A stretch of 64,000 nucleotides of DNA from Eledone cirrhosa (lineage: Eukaryota), in assembly GCA_964016885.1 (NCBI GenBank), contig OZ024751.1, positions 27,280,001 through 27,344,000 of the forward strand. The letters run 5' to 3'. Each line of letters starts with the position of its first letter. The first letter of the stretch is position 1. Of the stretch, positions 26,803 to 41,838 are shown piece after piece. The notes beneath the pieces were generated by a model. That model saw only the letters and a list, made by a program, of their open reading frames with translations. It searched no databases and had not been told where the DNA came from. The translations under genes were made by a program, and so were the position numbers.

Positions 26803-27748
26803 CTACTACTACCACCACCACCACCACCACCACCACCACCACCACCACTACTACCACCACCACCACCACCACTACTACCACCACCACTACCACCACCACT
26901 ACCACCACCACCACCACCACCACTACCACTACTACTACTACCACCACCACCACTACCACCACCACCACCACTACTACCACCACCACTACCACCACCACCA
27001 CCACCACCACTACCACCACCACCACCACTACTACCACCACCACCACTACCACCACCACCACCACCACCACTACCACTACTACCACCACCACCACTACCAC
27101 TACTACCACCACCACTACCACCACCACCACTACTACCACCACCACCACTACCACCACCACCACCACTACTACCACCACCACTACCACCACCACTACCACT
27201 ACTACTACTACCACCACCACCACTACCACCACCACCACCACTACCACCACCACCACTACCACTACTACTACTACCACCACCACTACCACTACTACTACTA
27301 CCACCACCACCACTACCACCACCACCACCACTACCACCACCACCACCACCCCACCACCACCACCACTACCACCACCACTACCACCACCACCACCACCACC
27401 ACCACCACCACCACTACCACCACCACCACCACCACCACCACCACCACCACCACCACTACTACCACCACCACCCCACCACCACCACCACCACCACCACCAC
27501 TACCACCACCACCACTACCACCACCACCACCACCACCACCACCACCACCACCACCACCACCACCACCACTACTACCACCACCACCACCACCACCACCACC
27601 ACCACTACTACCACCACCACCACCACCATCACCACCACCACCACCACCACTACTACCACCACCACCACCACCCCACCACCACCACCACTACCACCACCAC
27701 TACCACCACCACCACCACCACCACCACCACCACCACCACCACTACCAC
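26803..27748. repeat. (CCA/CTA)n microsatellite, about 950 bp
   Basis: Direct reading. Confidence 0.95.
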
Positions 27749-27849
27749 AGATAGTATTGATCCTGTTCCATTCATCTCCACATCTCATTTACTTCCGTTT
27801 TAACAACTCTCACTACACATCTGTTCCACAACTAATGTCAGCTTGTCGC

Positions 27850-27892
27850 TCTCTCCCTCGCCTCTCGCTCTCTCTCTCTCCCTCGCCTCTCG

Positions 27893-27928
<36 letters not shown>

Positions 27929-28123
27929 GTCTGTCTCTCTCTGTCTGTCTTTCTCTCTCTCTGTCTGTCTCTCTCTGTCTGTCTTTCTCTCTCTCTCTCT
28001 GTCTGTCTGTCTGTCTTTCTCTCTCTCTCTCTCTGTCTGTCTTTCTCTCTCTGTCTGTCTTTCTCTCTCTCTCTCTGTCTGTCTTTCTCTCTCTGTCTGT
28101 CTTTCTCTCTCTCTCTGTGTCTT

Positions 28124-28198
<75 letters not shown>

Positions 28199-28213
28199 GT
28201 CTTTCTCTCTCTG

Positions 28214-28295
<82 letters not shown>

Positions 28296-28305
28296 CCTGT
28301 CTGTC
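27850..28305. repeat. (CT)n/(CTGT)n compound microsatellite
   Basis: Direct reading. Confidence 0.95.
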
Positions 28306-28329
28306 TAAATAATCCTTAAGGATTATTTA

Positions 28330-29990
28330 GATACACACGACTCAGCAACCCCTGACCCACAAGGCCAGAGAGTGGCAGACCATACCACAATGGCCAAGAA
28401 GATCCATACAGAAAGAAGGAGCGGGTGGACCAGAACCATACGGACCCCCAAAAACCACGATAAATTAAAGACAAGGATCGCATATGCGGTGGGGACCAGT
28501 ATAAAACTAACCCTTAAGGAACATATGTTCAAGTTTAATGGCAAAACATGTGCCCAAGAGGAGGGAGCAGCCATTGGCGTTAGCATTGCAGGTGACATAG
28601 CTAACCTCTTTATGGTCTGGTGGGACAGAAGACTTAAGTAACATTTAGACGACAATTTTATAACCCTGACTATGTACTCTCGCTATGTAGATGACATAAA
28701 TATTGTAGTGAAAACACCCCCACAGGAGAACAGTCAGGAATTAGAGAAGAACACAATGGAAAGCATCCAGCAAATAGCTAACTCCATCCACCAGAGTATT
28801 AAAGTTACTATTGACTACACAAGTAAACACCCCAACCATAGATTACCTGTACTAGACACAGAACTCTGGTTGTAAATTATTAGTAATAGAACATAAATCC
28901 TCCATTTGCATTATGCCAAACCCATGACCTCCAAATACCTGATCTACCAAAACTCAGCTGTTTCGGATCACATAAAAATCAACACACTGATTGGAATAAA
29001 ATAGAAAGAATTAAGAAAAAAGTCCAATAAAATCAACTCATGGTATGATAGCAATAAATAATAGAGTGTAATGTTCATCAATACAACCCCTAGACGCGAA
29101 CTAGCTTATATATTTAGAGGGGCTCTAGAGAAACAAAAATTAAATATCAAAATAGTTGAAAGACCATGTATTCCCATCAATCTGCAAATGAAGCTCACAA
29201 ACTAACTGCAAAACTAGGAACATAGTACATAGCATAAGATGTACTGAGGGACAGTGTAGGAATAAGAATATAACATACATAGGTGAAACAGCCCGTAGCA
29301 TGGGAGAAAGTATAAATGAATACTGGCGAGAACTCCAGGATGGGAAAAACTCATCAGTACTCCACCAACATGCCAAAATAGAAGATAGGGGCACATTAGA
29401 GAAAATAGAGATAAAAATTATATCCACACATGCAATGCTCAGACAAATCACAGAGGCAACAAATATAAACAAACTCCAACCAAAATTAAACAGAAAACAT
29501 GAGTGGAATAGCAACATCACAACTAGTAATTAAGGGCAAAATGAAGACATACAGACACACAAAAACCAAATTAACAAAGCAAATCAGACACACACAGATA
29601 GAACAAACAACCAACTGGTGACAAGTAAATAAATACATAAATAAATAAAAGCACACACACCCGGATGTAACGCATGCACAAACTAACTACACAGCACACA
29701 ACACACAAAAACAAGATGGTGTAGGACTGAATAAAGGAGAGACACAAAATAAAAATCCAATCACTGAGGAAGTCACAGAATGTGTGACGAAAGAGCTTTG
29801 ACCATATATAAACAACTAACCGATTATCCAACCAACCAACCAACCGGAAACTTATAATAAATTGAAGTAAAATAAAACCATCAGGTGCGTATGTTTTTGT
29901 TGGCAGCATGACCCTCCCAAAATATAACAATAACTGTTTCACACGATAAGAAATCATGCAAAACAAATTATATATATATATATGCAAAAC
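28330..29990 (+). mobile_element. Decayed Penelope-like element (RT, GIY-YIG, 3' pLTR)
   Basis: QEEGAAIGVSIAGDIANLFM, YSRYVDDI, LPVLDTELW; YIGETARS...SVLHQH...RQITEA.NI...LNRKHEW; ends at (TA)n. Confidence 0.85.
29761..29801 (+). ncRNA. Minimal hammerhead motif in PLE 3' pLTR
   Basis: TCA-CTGAGGA(29764)-GTCACA/TGTGAC-GAAA(29789)-GAGC-TT-TGA. Confidence 0.6.
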
Positions 29991-29993
29991 GAA

Positions 29994-30029
<36 letters not shown>

Positions 30030-30030
<1 letters not shown>

Positions 30031-30545
30031 GATAAATCTACCAAGAGTTTACGGTAGTGTCCAATCCGTATGAAGAACTCAATGTATTCCGGATATCATG
30101 GAAAGAAGAGATGTAATGAAAAATCACTTTCGGTGAAAGATAAACGGTATACAGAGTCAAGATAAAATATTAAACAAATAATGAATAAACAATGAGACAG
30201 TTCCTTATATTAAACAAAAAAAGTTCATTATTTAACGATCGTTTCTAGGATATATATGTGTTAGAATTGGCATGCATATTCAACAGATCTATGTACAAAA
30301 TTATACAAAATTATACAAACTATCAAGATTAAATATACATACCAACACACCAAGACGGCGTATATATGTGTTGGTATGTATATTTAATCTTGATAGTTTG
30401 TATAATTTTGTATAATTTTGTACATAGATCTGTTGAATATGCATGCCAATTCTAACACATATATATCCTAGAAACGATCGTTAAATAATGAACTTTTTTT
30501 GTTTAATATAAGGAACTGTCTCATTGTTTATTCATTATTTGTTTA

Positions 30546-30553
<8 letters not shown>
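30030..30553 (-). mobile_element. Fold-back unit between (TA)n tracts, about 185-bp arms
   Basis: About 30162-30347 versus 30367-30553 reverse complementary; homologous to 3385-3668. Confidence 0.8.
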
Positions 30554-30586
<33 letters not shown>

Positions 30587-31182
30587 AAATAAGTTGAAAC
30601 TTCAATGTCACTTATATTGGAAAAAACACACATTTACATATGTGTGTGGTAGTATATATATTCATAAACACAGCCACAAATACAACATACACATACACTT
30701 ACACAAATATACATATACAGATTAAAAATGATATGACGGTGCATATACGACCCTATCAGGAATTCACGGCCCATAGCATGCACAATAATTTTATTAAAAA
30801 TATATTCCCTCTCTTCAAAAAATCTGTTTAGATTAGAATTTGCATATCATTTGGTCCCAGAGAACTTAATTTGGCGTCAGAATTAACATCTCTTTGTTTT
30901 ATTCACACCACAAATTTCGAAAGTACCAGGACCCGTGATACTACAAAACTACTAAACCACTAACGGTGAGCAGAACCTTAGTAACCAGTTCGAAGTCGGA
31001 TTTATCTGTCAAATGCCCGCTAATGACGATGCAGTCATTCAAATTGTTTGTGCAAATGCTGTTATGTGCACTCGGAACTTGTAACTGCACAGCAGGTGGG
31101 TATCAGGAACCAGTAGGTTTCGAGTAAGATAACTCTTTTTCTTTTGGTATTTGTTGTTTTTATTATTGTACCTGGAATATGC

Positions 31183-31915
31183 GGGGACATATATATGGTA
31201 GGGGACATATATATAGTAGGGGGACATATATAAGGTAGGGGGACATATATATGGTAGGGGACATATATATGGTAGGGGGACATATATAAGGTAGGGGGAC
31301 ATATATATGGTAGGGGACATATATATGGTAGGGGGACACATATATGGTAGGTGACATATATATAGTAAGGGACATATATAAGGTAGGGGGACATATATAT
31401 GGTAGGGGACATATATATGGTAGGGGGACATATATATGGTAGGGGACATATATATGGTAAGGGACATATATAAGGTAGGGGGACATATATATAGTAAGGG
31501 ACATATATAAGGTAGGGGGACATATATATGGTAGGGGACATATATATGGTAGGGGACATATATATGGTAGGGGACATATATATGGTAGGGGGACATATAT
31601 ACGGTAGGGGACATATATATGGTAGGGGACATATATATAGTAGGGGGACATATATATAGTAGGGGACATATATAAGGTAGGGGACATATATAAGGTAGGG
31701 GACATATATATGGTAGGGGGACATATATAAGGTAGGGGACATATATATGGTAGGGGACATATATATGGTAGGGGGACATATATAAGGTAGGGGACATATA
31801 TAAGGTAGGGGACATATATATGGTAGGGGGACATATATATGGTAGGGGGACATATATAAGGTAGGGGACATATATATGGTAGGGGGACACATATATGGTA
31901 GGTGACATATATATA
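31183..31915. repeat. 18-19 bp minisatellite (GGGGACATATATATGGTA)
   Basis: Direct reading. Confidence 0.95.
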
Positions 31916-32636
31916 GTAGTAGCTGTAGCTGGAGGTTGTGTCATGTACTGGCATCCTATCCCAGGGAATGCCTTCTACTCTCAGTTACCACCAAGTGGTA
32001 TAAGATCGGTGTGATTAGTCCCCGGGGCTTGAGAGGGACTAACTTTCAGCTAGCGTCTGTAATAGGGACTGGATATCTCCGAAACTCATTCAATGTTACA
32101 TCACTTCAAAGAAGCTTCAAAATAGGTCCTGAGTAGATGTGTTCTATACAATGATATGTTGACCCCTGGGCTGTAGTTGGTGAGTGGTATTGAGAGGAAA
32201 TGAACTTACATAAAATGAAACTGCTGTGCCATTTCATCCATGAGACTAGAAATTTGTGCTGGAGCATTATCCATAAAGTAGAATAGCCTTCCCTGAAGTA
32301 GCCAGGTGCAGAGGGACAAATACATCAGTGAACCACACAGTTTCTGGTAACACAGGCCTTCAGCATGACAGTCCACTGAACACAAACCCTTTTCTTGTTG
32401 CTGTTCATGAGCGTCGTGCTTTCTCTGGAGAACTCACCACAAGTGGCTTCACCTTCAAATCCTCTCAGGCTGCACACATGTGTGCTGTGCCTAACATTTA
32501 TTGTCATGGGAATTTGGTCTACGGCTAATGTTCGGTTAATGTCCAGCTAATGCCTAGATAACTTTGTAGCCCTACCCTACATTATATCAGATACTCCTGC
32601 CCTGCCCTATCCTACATTATATCACATATTTCTTAC

Positions 32637-32912
32637 AGACTTAACCTGGCTAACTTCTAACTTTACACAGCTTCAAACTGCTCTTCAATAGACTTAACCT
32701 GGCTAACTTCTAACTTTACACACCTTCAAACTGCTCTTCAATAGACTTAACCTGGCTAACTTCTAACTTTACACACCTTCAAACTGCTCTTCAATAGACT
32801 TAACCTGGCTAACTTCTAACTTTACACACCTTCAAACTGCTCTTCAATAGACTTAACCTGGCTAACTTCTAACTTTACAACACCTTTACGCTGTTCTTGA
32901 ACAGACTTAACC
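32637..32912. repeat. 53-bp tandem repeat, about 5 copies
   Basis: Unit AGACTTAACCTGGCTAACTTCTAACTTTACACACCTTCAAACTGCTCTTCAAT. Confidence 0.9.
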
Positions 32913-33089
32913 TTTTCACAATGAAATGCTTCACCCAGTGAATTACCAATTAATTGTCTCTTTGAACCAGATTAATAAAAGATTTTCCCTCTCATTGTTG
33001 CTTGAGGCATGAGTATTATTATGCCTGCATATCACTTTTGGTCACCGATGCACTTTTAGCATTTTTTAAAAATTCAAAATAGCGCATTT

Positions 33090-33230
33090 AAAAATTTGGT
33101 GAAGCCCTGCTCCACACTTCAATAGAGACTATTAAAACATTTGGTGAAGCCCTACTCCACACTTCAATAGAGACTATTAAAACATTTGGTGAATCCCTAC
33201 TCTACACTTCAATGGAGGCCATTTAAAAAT
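33090..33230. repeat. 45-bp tandem repeat, 3 copies
   Basis: TTGGTGAA at 33096, 33141 and 33186. Confidence 0.85.
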
Positions 33231-34379
33231 TATCTCTTCCTTTATTCTCACATAATTCTCACTTAACTTTTATTATCGTGAATAATTTCTTTCTTTTTTT
33301 TTTAAAAAGAAAAGAAAATCACACCAAGATTAATTTTTATTCAAAAATTAAATTTTTCCTTGAAAACTTTTCACTGATTTTTTAAATGGAAAAATGAACC
33401 AAAATGACACTGTCAGTTCCCAAGAACACGTTTGGCAAGCCCACAGACTAGTTTGTTTGGTTAAGAGTAGATTGACTTGTTTTCTATAGCAACCACCAAT
33501 TTGTATAAGCCGGCAGAAATGACCTTTCCTTATTTTAGTTTTGTATTTGTTAATTTTGTATGAAAATAATTCATTGGCAGGATTTTATTTGTGGCCAAAT
33601 TAAATTAAAAAAACAAACACATGCGCTACCATGATTGTTGTTAACACAAATGTTCGTTACTGCCAGGCAAACTGTAAACCATGTTTTTTTTTAGATTGAT
33701 TTCAGTTCTTCACAGAATAATGAGAAATTTCCAGCTGTTTGTAAACGTGAATTGGAGTAGATCTATGCACATGCTATTGTATACATGTTTGTGTGTGTAT
33801 ATATATATATATGTAGGTGTATATACGTGGAGCTGTATATATGTAGGTGTATATACGTGGAGGTGTATATACGTGCATTCATGTTACATTACAGATCGAC
33901 ATGTCTCTTTACTATATATGTTTATATATGTGTGTGTTTACTATATATGTTTATGTGTGTGTGTTTACTATATATGTTTATGTGTGTGTGTTTACTATAT
34001 ATGTTTATGTGTGTTTACTATATATGTGTGTGTGTTTACTATATATGTTTGTGTGTGTGTGTGTTTACTATATATGTTTGTGTGTGTGTGTTTACTATAT
34101 ATGATGTTTATGTGTGTATTTACTCTATATGTTTATATATTTTATATATGTATGTGTGTTTACTATATATGTTTATATGTGTGTGTGTGTTTACTATATA
34201 TGTTTATGTGTGTGTGTGTAATATGCTCGTCGGTGGTTGTGTGTGATAAATCCATTCCAGGAAACTTAAATGGAACTTCTTTGGAATGTATTGCAAGTAT
34301 TCATTGTATCGCTAATCGGTTTGGAAGATATCAGTTGTTCTGTTAACCCATCAATTCTCAGTCAACTACATGCTTCTGA

Positions 34380-35150
34380 TGGTTCACCTATCGGACTGGT
34401 TAACACATTTAAATAGCTGGGCTGTTATACTGATTCTGAGCCTGATATGACCATCAGAATTGGTCAAACTTGGAGTACAATAAATTCCCTACAAAAGTTT
34501 GGGAAACTCCCATCCCAAGATCTACGAAGTCTTCAAAGCTACAGTTAAAACCATCTTACTATGTGGTTCAGAATCCTTGACTCTCAGTGTCAAGACATGA
34601 TAGTTCTATAGAAACCATCTTACTATGTGGTTCAGAATCCTTGAATGTCAGTGTCAAGACATGATAGTTCTATAGAAACCATCTTACTATGTGGTTCAGA
34701 ATCCTTGAATGTCAGTGTCAAGACATGATAGTTCTATAGAAACCATCTTACTATGTGGTTCAGAATCCTTGAATGTCAGTGTCAAGACATGATAGTTCTA
34801 TAGAAACCATCTTACTATGTGGTTCAGAATCCTTGACTCTCAGTGTCAAGACATGATGATTCCTACACCAAGCGGTCACATGTGGTGTTCAATATTTTGT
34901 GGCAAAGTTACACCACCAACTAAGTTCTTTATAGTGATCTGCCATTGAAAGTTCAATCACGTCGCGTCGTTCTTGCTGGTCATATTTCCTGCCATGATCA
35001 ACCTGCAGGGAAACTGCTTCTATTGCCACCTGATGCAAAGTGCTGAGTAGGACATCCAAACATAACAATAAGGACTCTGTTGGTGAAGGACATACCGGCC
35101 TCACTGGATGGGATCTTGATACAATGAGAGATTAGGAAGTCTGGAACAAG
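34380..35150 (+). mobile_element. Decayed LINE RT C-terminal region containing a 64-bp tandem array (34549-34860)
   Basis: FK*LGCYTDSEPDMTIRIGQTWS...ILLCGSESLTLS resembles RTE-type FKYLG...LLYGSETW. Confidence 0.6.
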
Positions 35151-35185
35151 AAGTATTACTTGGATTTGTTCTTGAAAGATCCCAT

Positions 35186-35231
<46 letters not shown>

Positions 35232-35471
35232 ATTTATGTATACATGAATGCATGTATGTAAGTATGTATGTATGCATGTATGTGTATGAATGTATTGCTG
35301 TTGTTGTTGCAGTTATGTTGTTGTTGTCAAGTAGTAAGCAATGTCACAACTATAGACCAACAACCATCAACCATCTCACTGCTGCCATAAACCATTAAAT
35401 TCCAGCCAAAGATTCTAAACCAAAACATATCATGTCATGTCATCTTTTGTTATGTCACATTGTCTCTCTTA

Positions 35472-35571
<100 letters not shown>

Positions 35572-35680
35572 ATATATACATATTTATATATATATATTTA
35601 TATATATATATTTATATATATGTATATTTATATATATATATATATATATTTATTTATATATATATATTTATATATATGTA

Positions 35681-35726
<46 letters not shown>

Positions 35727-36919
35727 TATATAAATATATATATATTTATATATATATATATATGTATAAATATATATATGTATATATGTGTGTGTATATA
35801 TGTATGTACCTTGATATGCTCACCATGTAGGTCAATGGACGGATGGAAACATTACACAATTAAATACTACACATACATGCATATATAAAAACATACATAC
35901 ATACATCATAACATACATACATACATATACCTACCTACCTACATACACACATATTCCATGAGATATATTTTGCCTGGAATGCCAATGTTTATACATAACT
36001 AGCAAACTTTATAGATTTGTTATATTTTCAGAAATAACACAGAAGGCCATAATATGCGTTAGACTAATTAGACGATTAAATGAGCCCGGTGAATATTACT
36101 GGTACTGCTTCGATTGTGAAGCAGCTAACACGTCGCTTGGTTATCTCTGAGGATGGGGCTAGCTTGTCCTCCTTTACAACTCTCCACTGACCGATGAGGT
36201 TTTGGACATTTAATTGTTGCAGGTCAACTCCTGCAGGAAAGACGTGTGCAGTGAGAGAACTCTAGAGGAAAGAGGGGTAGGTGGAGGAGTGAGGGGGGAA
36301 GAGGAGGGGAGTATGAGAAGATGAGGGGTAGTAGCGGTAGTCCAAGAGAGGAGAGATGTCTGTGGAGCAACGTGTGGAAGATGACCGCCTGTTTCTCTGT
36401 GTGACAACACTGGGGGAACAGTGGTCTGTTGTGACTGTCTGATATGTGTGTAATGTGTGTGTGCTTGTGTGTGTGTGTGTGTGTGTGTGCGTCTGTGTGT
36501 GTGGTACACAATCCCAAGTATGTATTATTGCTTGGGGTGTAGTTTCTCTTAAAGACAGGATGTGTCAATGTTTAATTGTTAAGGTGTAACTCTACTAATT
36601 CTTCTGTATATTTCCACTCAGATGTTTGACTGGAAATACCAGCTGTAACTGTGTGTCTATGTATGTGAGTGTGTGTAATTGTGTGTGTGTGTGTTTGTCT
36701 GCACTCACACACTTCTCTATGTGTCACACTTCTCTGTCTGTGTCTGTAAAACTTCCAATATTGATCGGAGAAGAGTAGCGATGTCTTCCACTCTCGAACG
36801 GGTGATCGTCCTACTTATCCAGAATTTTATGGTAGCTCCTGGTTATCCAGAATTTTATGGTAGCTCCTGGTTTTTCTACTATTTTCATACTCAGGTTCAA
36901 TTTATCTAAAGCTCTTGTA

Positions 36920-38000
36920 AAACAATATGCTAATTTGCCTCTAGGGATAGCCTCGACAAACATGACACTGGTATTTTTGGCTGTCATACCATCAGTTAGC
37001 CTTCTTAGTCCTTTCTATGCCATTTCATGATTTACTCCTGTATAGTGGGAAAATCCCCTTTTTTATCATTCTCCATAATGGTTTTGAATTTAGCCATGGC
37101 TCATTTGTACACCATGATCCTGTCTCTTCAGTTGACAGCTGGGTTCCAGTGTACCAGGTATTTGGAGGTCATAGGTTTGGTATAATATGAACGGAGGATT
37201 TGGACGTTATTATTCTTAGTTTCGAGCCAGATGTTTGTGTCTGACACAGGTAGGCTGCCATTAAGGTGTTTAATAGGGTGATCTACTGTTACGCAACGCT
37301 CTGGTGGATGGAGTTAGCTATTTGCTGGATGCTCTCCATGATGCTAGCTTCTAGTTCATGGATACTCTCTTGGGGGTGTTACCACTGTATTGATATGAGT
37401 AACAACGTGAGAGTACATGGAGAGTCTATGGAGTTCTCATGTTCCTTGATTGCTCTGTCTCACCACACCAGATTGGCCACACCACCAGCGATGCCCATGA
37501 CCCCCCCCCCCCCTCTTCTTGGCCGTATATTTTATTATTGAACACATGGCCCTTTACAGTAGTTTTAATACTCGCACACCTGCATGTGCGATCATTCTTC
37601 TCACCTGGTCGTGGTTTTCGGGGTCCGCATGGCTTTGGTCCACACGCTCCATCTTTCTATAGGGGTCCTTTTGGCCCTCGAGATGATGGTAAGAAGTCCA
37701 CCTCTTACTGGTCTACTGAGGCAGAAACAGTTAAGGTTGTATTCATCTAGATATTCTCTGTCACACGTAAGTCTAAGGAGGAGGTCCAGTTCCTCAGTGT
37801 CAACTCCTTAGAATTCCACATCGCTCTCACTCATCATTTCCACACATTTCTCCACAGCAAAATCAACGTCGATAGATGGGTAAAAAGATATTACATCCAT
37901 GCTGCCTATTATATAGTTTTTCAGGTGGTGAGTTTGGTTGCACTTGTTGATTCTGCTCAGGCGATCCTCTGTGTTGTCATTTACGTCTGGGGACATCTTG
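36920..38000 (-). pseudogene. Decayed PLE reverse transcriptase
   Basis: IGSMDVISFYPSIDVDFAVE; downstream sequence homologous to the 28330 element (AGCATCCAGCAAATAGCTAACTCCATCCACCAGAG). Confidence 0.75.
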
Positions 38001-38576
38001 ATTATAGGGCGCTTTTCCTGGTAGCTTAACTCTCTCTAGAACCCCCTCTTATGTTCAGCAGCCTCATTCTTTTTAAACATAGGATATACCAAAACATTCC
38101 TTAAACATAGGAACCAACAGAATATATGCTGAAAAAAAAACATTTTTTCCCTTTTTTTTTTTATTTACGAATTCCGCTTCTCGTCATATGTTTAAACATG
38201 TTATGGCGAGAAGCAGAATTCTTATTTTTTATCTCCACGAAGAGAATGAATGCGATCTGAGAGTCATTTAGTCTTTTGATAAAGAAAAGGATGAATTTTC
38301 AAACATTTGAATGAAGTCAGAGTTGCTCTGAAACATTTGTAAGAGGTTAAAAACAATTATTTTATGAAAGAAGATTGAGTTTCCTTTCATACTTTTGAAT
38401 GCGCATGCTCTGCTTATTCTTAAATGTATTACTAATTTGTCCACGCTTAAATCTCTATCTTCTCTTAACTCCTATATACATTATATAAGCATTGAACTAT
38501 TCCTTCTCTGTGAAGCTGGCAAGTACACTCTAGAAGTCGATTCCTCTTTTGAGAATTGATAATATAGTTCTACCTT

Positions 38577-38653
<77 letters not shown>

Positions 38654-38722
38654 AATATAAATTCAGCGAGAATCGCATTTCAGCGGGTAGAAAAAGCGAA
38701 ACGTAACGCAAATTCCGAGTCA

Positions 38723-38761
<39 letters not shown>

Positions 38762-38856
38762 GTCTCTGTGTGTGAGATAGTTGACTTCCTAGATATAACA
38801 TTAGAGCTAGATACAGGTCTATGTGGAGTAAGAGATTTTAACATTATGGTATAAAT

Positions 38857-41838
38857 CAGGAGTTCTCAACCACTAGTGGTCCACAGAAAATTTTCTGTGG
38901 ACCACCTGAAAAATTTAAATTCTTCCGTACAGACACACGTCACACAAACGAAACATGCCTCATCACACCTCGCACCTGTGAGTGCACTTGAGAGCACGCC
39001 TTTCCTATTGGACGATTAGCTATCCAATCATACACGGACGCGTACCAGACAAGTACAGACGTTAGCGCGCATAAAAACACACAACAAATCGCGTGTTCTC
39101 GGCCGGTCGACACGATCGTGTTTCCTACCTGACTTTTGAATTGAGGATTACTAGCGAAACAGCAGTTCTTACGGCTTACCCAACATAACATATTATCTCT
39201 CCAGGTACGTACATGTTTACGCAAGTGTTAGTCTAATTGTAGTCTGTAGAAATTTTGTTGTCAGTGATATGGAAAAACGTTCTCTAAATTCTTCGTTCAC
39301 CGAATCGGAAAAACGATTTTGTAGACGATATAACTCAGATTATATCAGATATGGTTGTTCATCCAGCGCAGAAGATCCTTCATTACCACAGTGTATCATC
39401 TGCTCAAAAATATTAACTAACGACTCAATGAAACCTTTGAAATTATTGTATCACCAAAAACTAGTCCATCCCGATTTATATGGCAAGCCTAAGAAGTACT
39501 TCGAAGAATATCTTCGCAACAAAAAAGCGTCATTTGCATCACTGAAAATTTTCCTATCCCATGCTAACAACAGTTCTGGTCTGCAAGCGTTCTACAGCAT
39601 TTCGCTCATGATAGCAAAACAGGGTCGCCCACATACCATTGGCGAAGACCTGATTAGTCCCTCAATAGTTGAAGGATATAAAGTTGCTAATGTATCGAAC
39701 GCTGCCTCAGTTTTAGCAACTATTCCACTTTACAACAACACGGTATCTTCCCGCATTTCTGAAATGGCTGAAGATGTCAAATCTACAGTTGTAGAAGAAT
39801 TGCGACACTGCACATTTTCGTTGACGGTGGATGACAGCACTTTTGACAACCAATGTGTTGTGCTTGCTTTTGCTCGCTATGTAAAAGGGGCCACGGTTTG
39901 TGAAAACCTACTTTTTATGACAACTGCACTGAAAAACACTGGAGAGATGATCTACAATGCAGTCATGGATTTTCTCACTAAAAATGACATTGATCCCCAC
40001 AACATCATATCAATATGCACTGATGGAGCAGCCTCTATGGTTGGAAAATCCCAGAGTTTTGTTGCAAGATGGAGAGAATTTAATCACATCTTCACAACTT
40101 ATTGCGTACTCCGTCGAGAAAATTTAATAGCAAAAAAAATCGGAAGTTATACCTTTTCTGAAATCCTTAACACAATTGATTCCGCAGTAAACAAGATCAA
40201 AAGATCTGGTCTTTGGGACAGGCTTTTCCAATAAGCTTGTAAAGATGAAACGTTCAACCGTCTGTTGTATTCGACAGATATACGCTGGCTATCAATGGGA
40301 AGCTGCCTTGGACCTTTTGTTGCACTCTTCGATGAAGTCATAGAATTTCTTCAACAGACTGATCCAATTATGACAGCATCATCACTTTCTGAGAAAAAAC
40401 CCGCAATTTTGTACTTACATGAGATCTTTCAAAAACTAAATGATCTCAACCTTTCTTTGCAAAAGCAGAACATCAACGTTGTACGTGCCAAACACTTGAT
40501 AAGGGCTTTCATGAATAAGCTCGTTCTATGGAAAATTCAAATTGAAGATCATAACTTTTCGCAGTTCGAGAGCTTAAAAACTGTTGTGGTAGATAATGAC
40601 TTGCACAAATCTATAATCGAGCATCTATCTTTCCTTCACGAAAACTTCAATAATCGTTTTGAAGATCTTTTGGCTTTAAATATCCCAATTTTTGTGGATT
40701 CTCTTCATACAATGTCTATGAACGACATACTTGTTCAACTAGAATGTCTTCAGATGGAGCTCTGTGAGGCGACGGTAGATGATAATCTGCGTAAATTTTC
40801 TGAAACTAACTGGGTCGAGGCTTGGTTGAATCATTGTCAAGAATATCCAAAGCTGTTTGAACAAGTCGAGCCTTTCATAATAAATCTCCCTACATCTTAC
40901 TTGGCTGAAAAGGGATTTTCCATTGTCCTCCACACATACACAAAGCAGCGGAGGCGTTTGATCCTCAACAACAATGCCGATTTGAGACTTCGCTTGAGCC
41001 ACATAGAGCCGAGGATTTCTAAACTTGTGGATCAAAAACAAGCACAAGGGTCTCATTGACAGTTTTTTGACGTGTTGTCTGATGACTTGGCGTAATTGTG
41101 TTGTCATTGACATTTTTAATTCAATTCAATTTGTTTTATTCCCTCAAACGTTTACACGACCTTTTGTACTGATCCCAACTTAAATCTTCGCATTTTTTTA
41201 ACTTACCCTACACATTATCATATTTAAACTGTACAGCTTTCCATTCCATCTGAATGATAGGGAGTGTTTTCCAGGACTCAGTAACCTTTTTCTATTCGAT
41301 TCTATCAAATAAAGCTTTATTGAAAAAATAAGACATTTTCACATTGGTGTTCTCATTTGTTTGTTCTCTGTCGTCTTGGTGCTTAAAACATGTCCCTTAG
41401 GGGAACAAAAAAGGAACATTCATTGCAAAGTGAAAATTGTATTGACCAATCAAATCAATCTTACCAATTAGAAGTAGAAACTTATTCTCATCATCAATGC
41501 TTCGTATTTGTCACTGAGATATGAAATCGAAAAAATTCAAATTAATAACGAATAAGTTATGCGTTGCTTGGTGCAATAGCAAATTCTTTTTTGATCCCTG
41601 CATTTGACTTAAAGCGCTGTTCTTATTCTTCGCATAAGTACGACTTCAGCTGTTTATTTGCGTAGATTTTTAGGCACTGCGACATGATAATAGCATTTTC
41701 TAATTCATTGAAAAAAAAACATCTACTGATGCTTATAAGTAGCAGTTCTATTACAAAAGATTTAAAAGTTTAGATGGTCCACAGGAAAAAATTACTTATT
41801 TTGGTGGTCCACAGCAAAAAAAAGGTTGAGAACCCCTG
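38857..41838 (+). mobile_element. hAT (Buster/Charlie-like) DNA transposon, full length, 2982 bp
   Basis: TIRs CAGGAGTTCTCAACC and GGTTGAGAACCCCTG; 8-bp TSD GTATAAAT at 38849-38856 and 41839-41846; subterminal GGTCCACAG repeats at both ends. Confidence 0.95.
39269..41059 (+). pseudogene. hAT transposase (ZBED5/SCAND3-like family) with one in-frame stop at 40232-40234
   Basis: BED finger CIIC...H....H; FSLTVDDST; ICTDGAASMVG; RWLS; TSYLAEKGFS; C-terminal QAQGSH; both ORFs are in the same frame. Confidence 0.9.

Noticed and set aside
31960-32530. Possible additional LINE fragment
   Set aside because: Only faint motif similarity; could not assign strand or clade with confidence
36215-36450. 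Possible host exon after TTGCAG (also 58400-58575 and 9830-10060)
   Set aside because: No recognisable protein similarity or consistent splice pair
39269-41059. Domesticated ZBED/SCAND3-type host gene
   Set aside because: TIRs, TSD and an internal stop show it is a transposon copy
41079-41085. CTGATGA inside the hAT 3' region
   Set aside because: No downstream stem II, GAAA or pairing stem I
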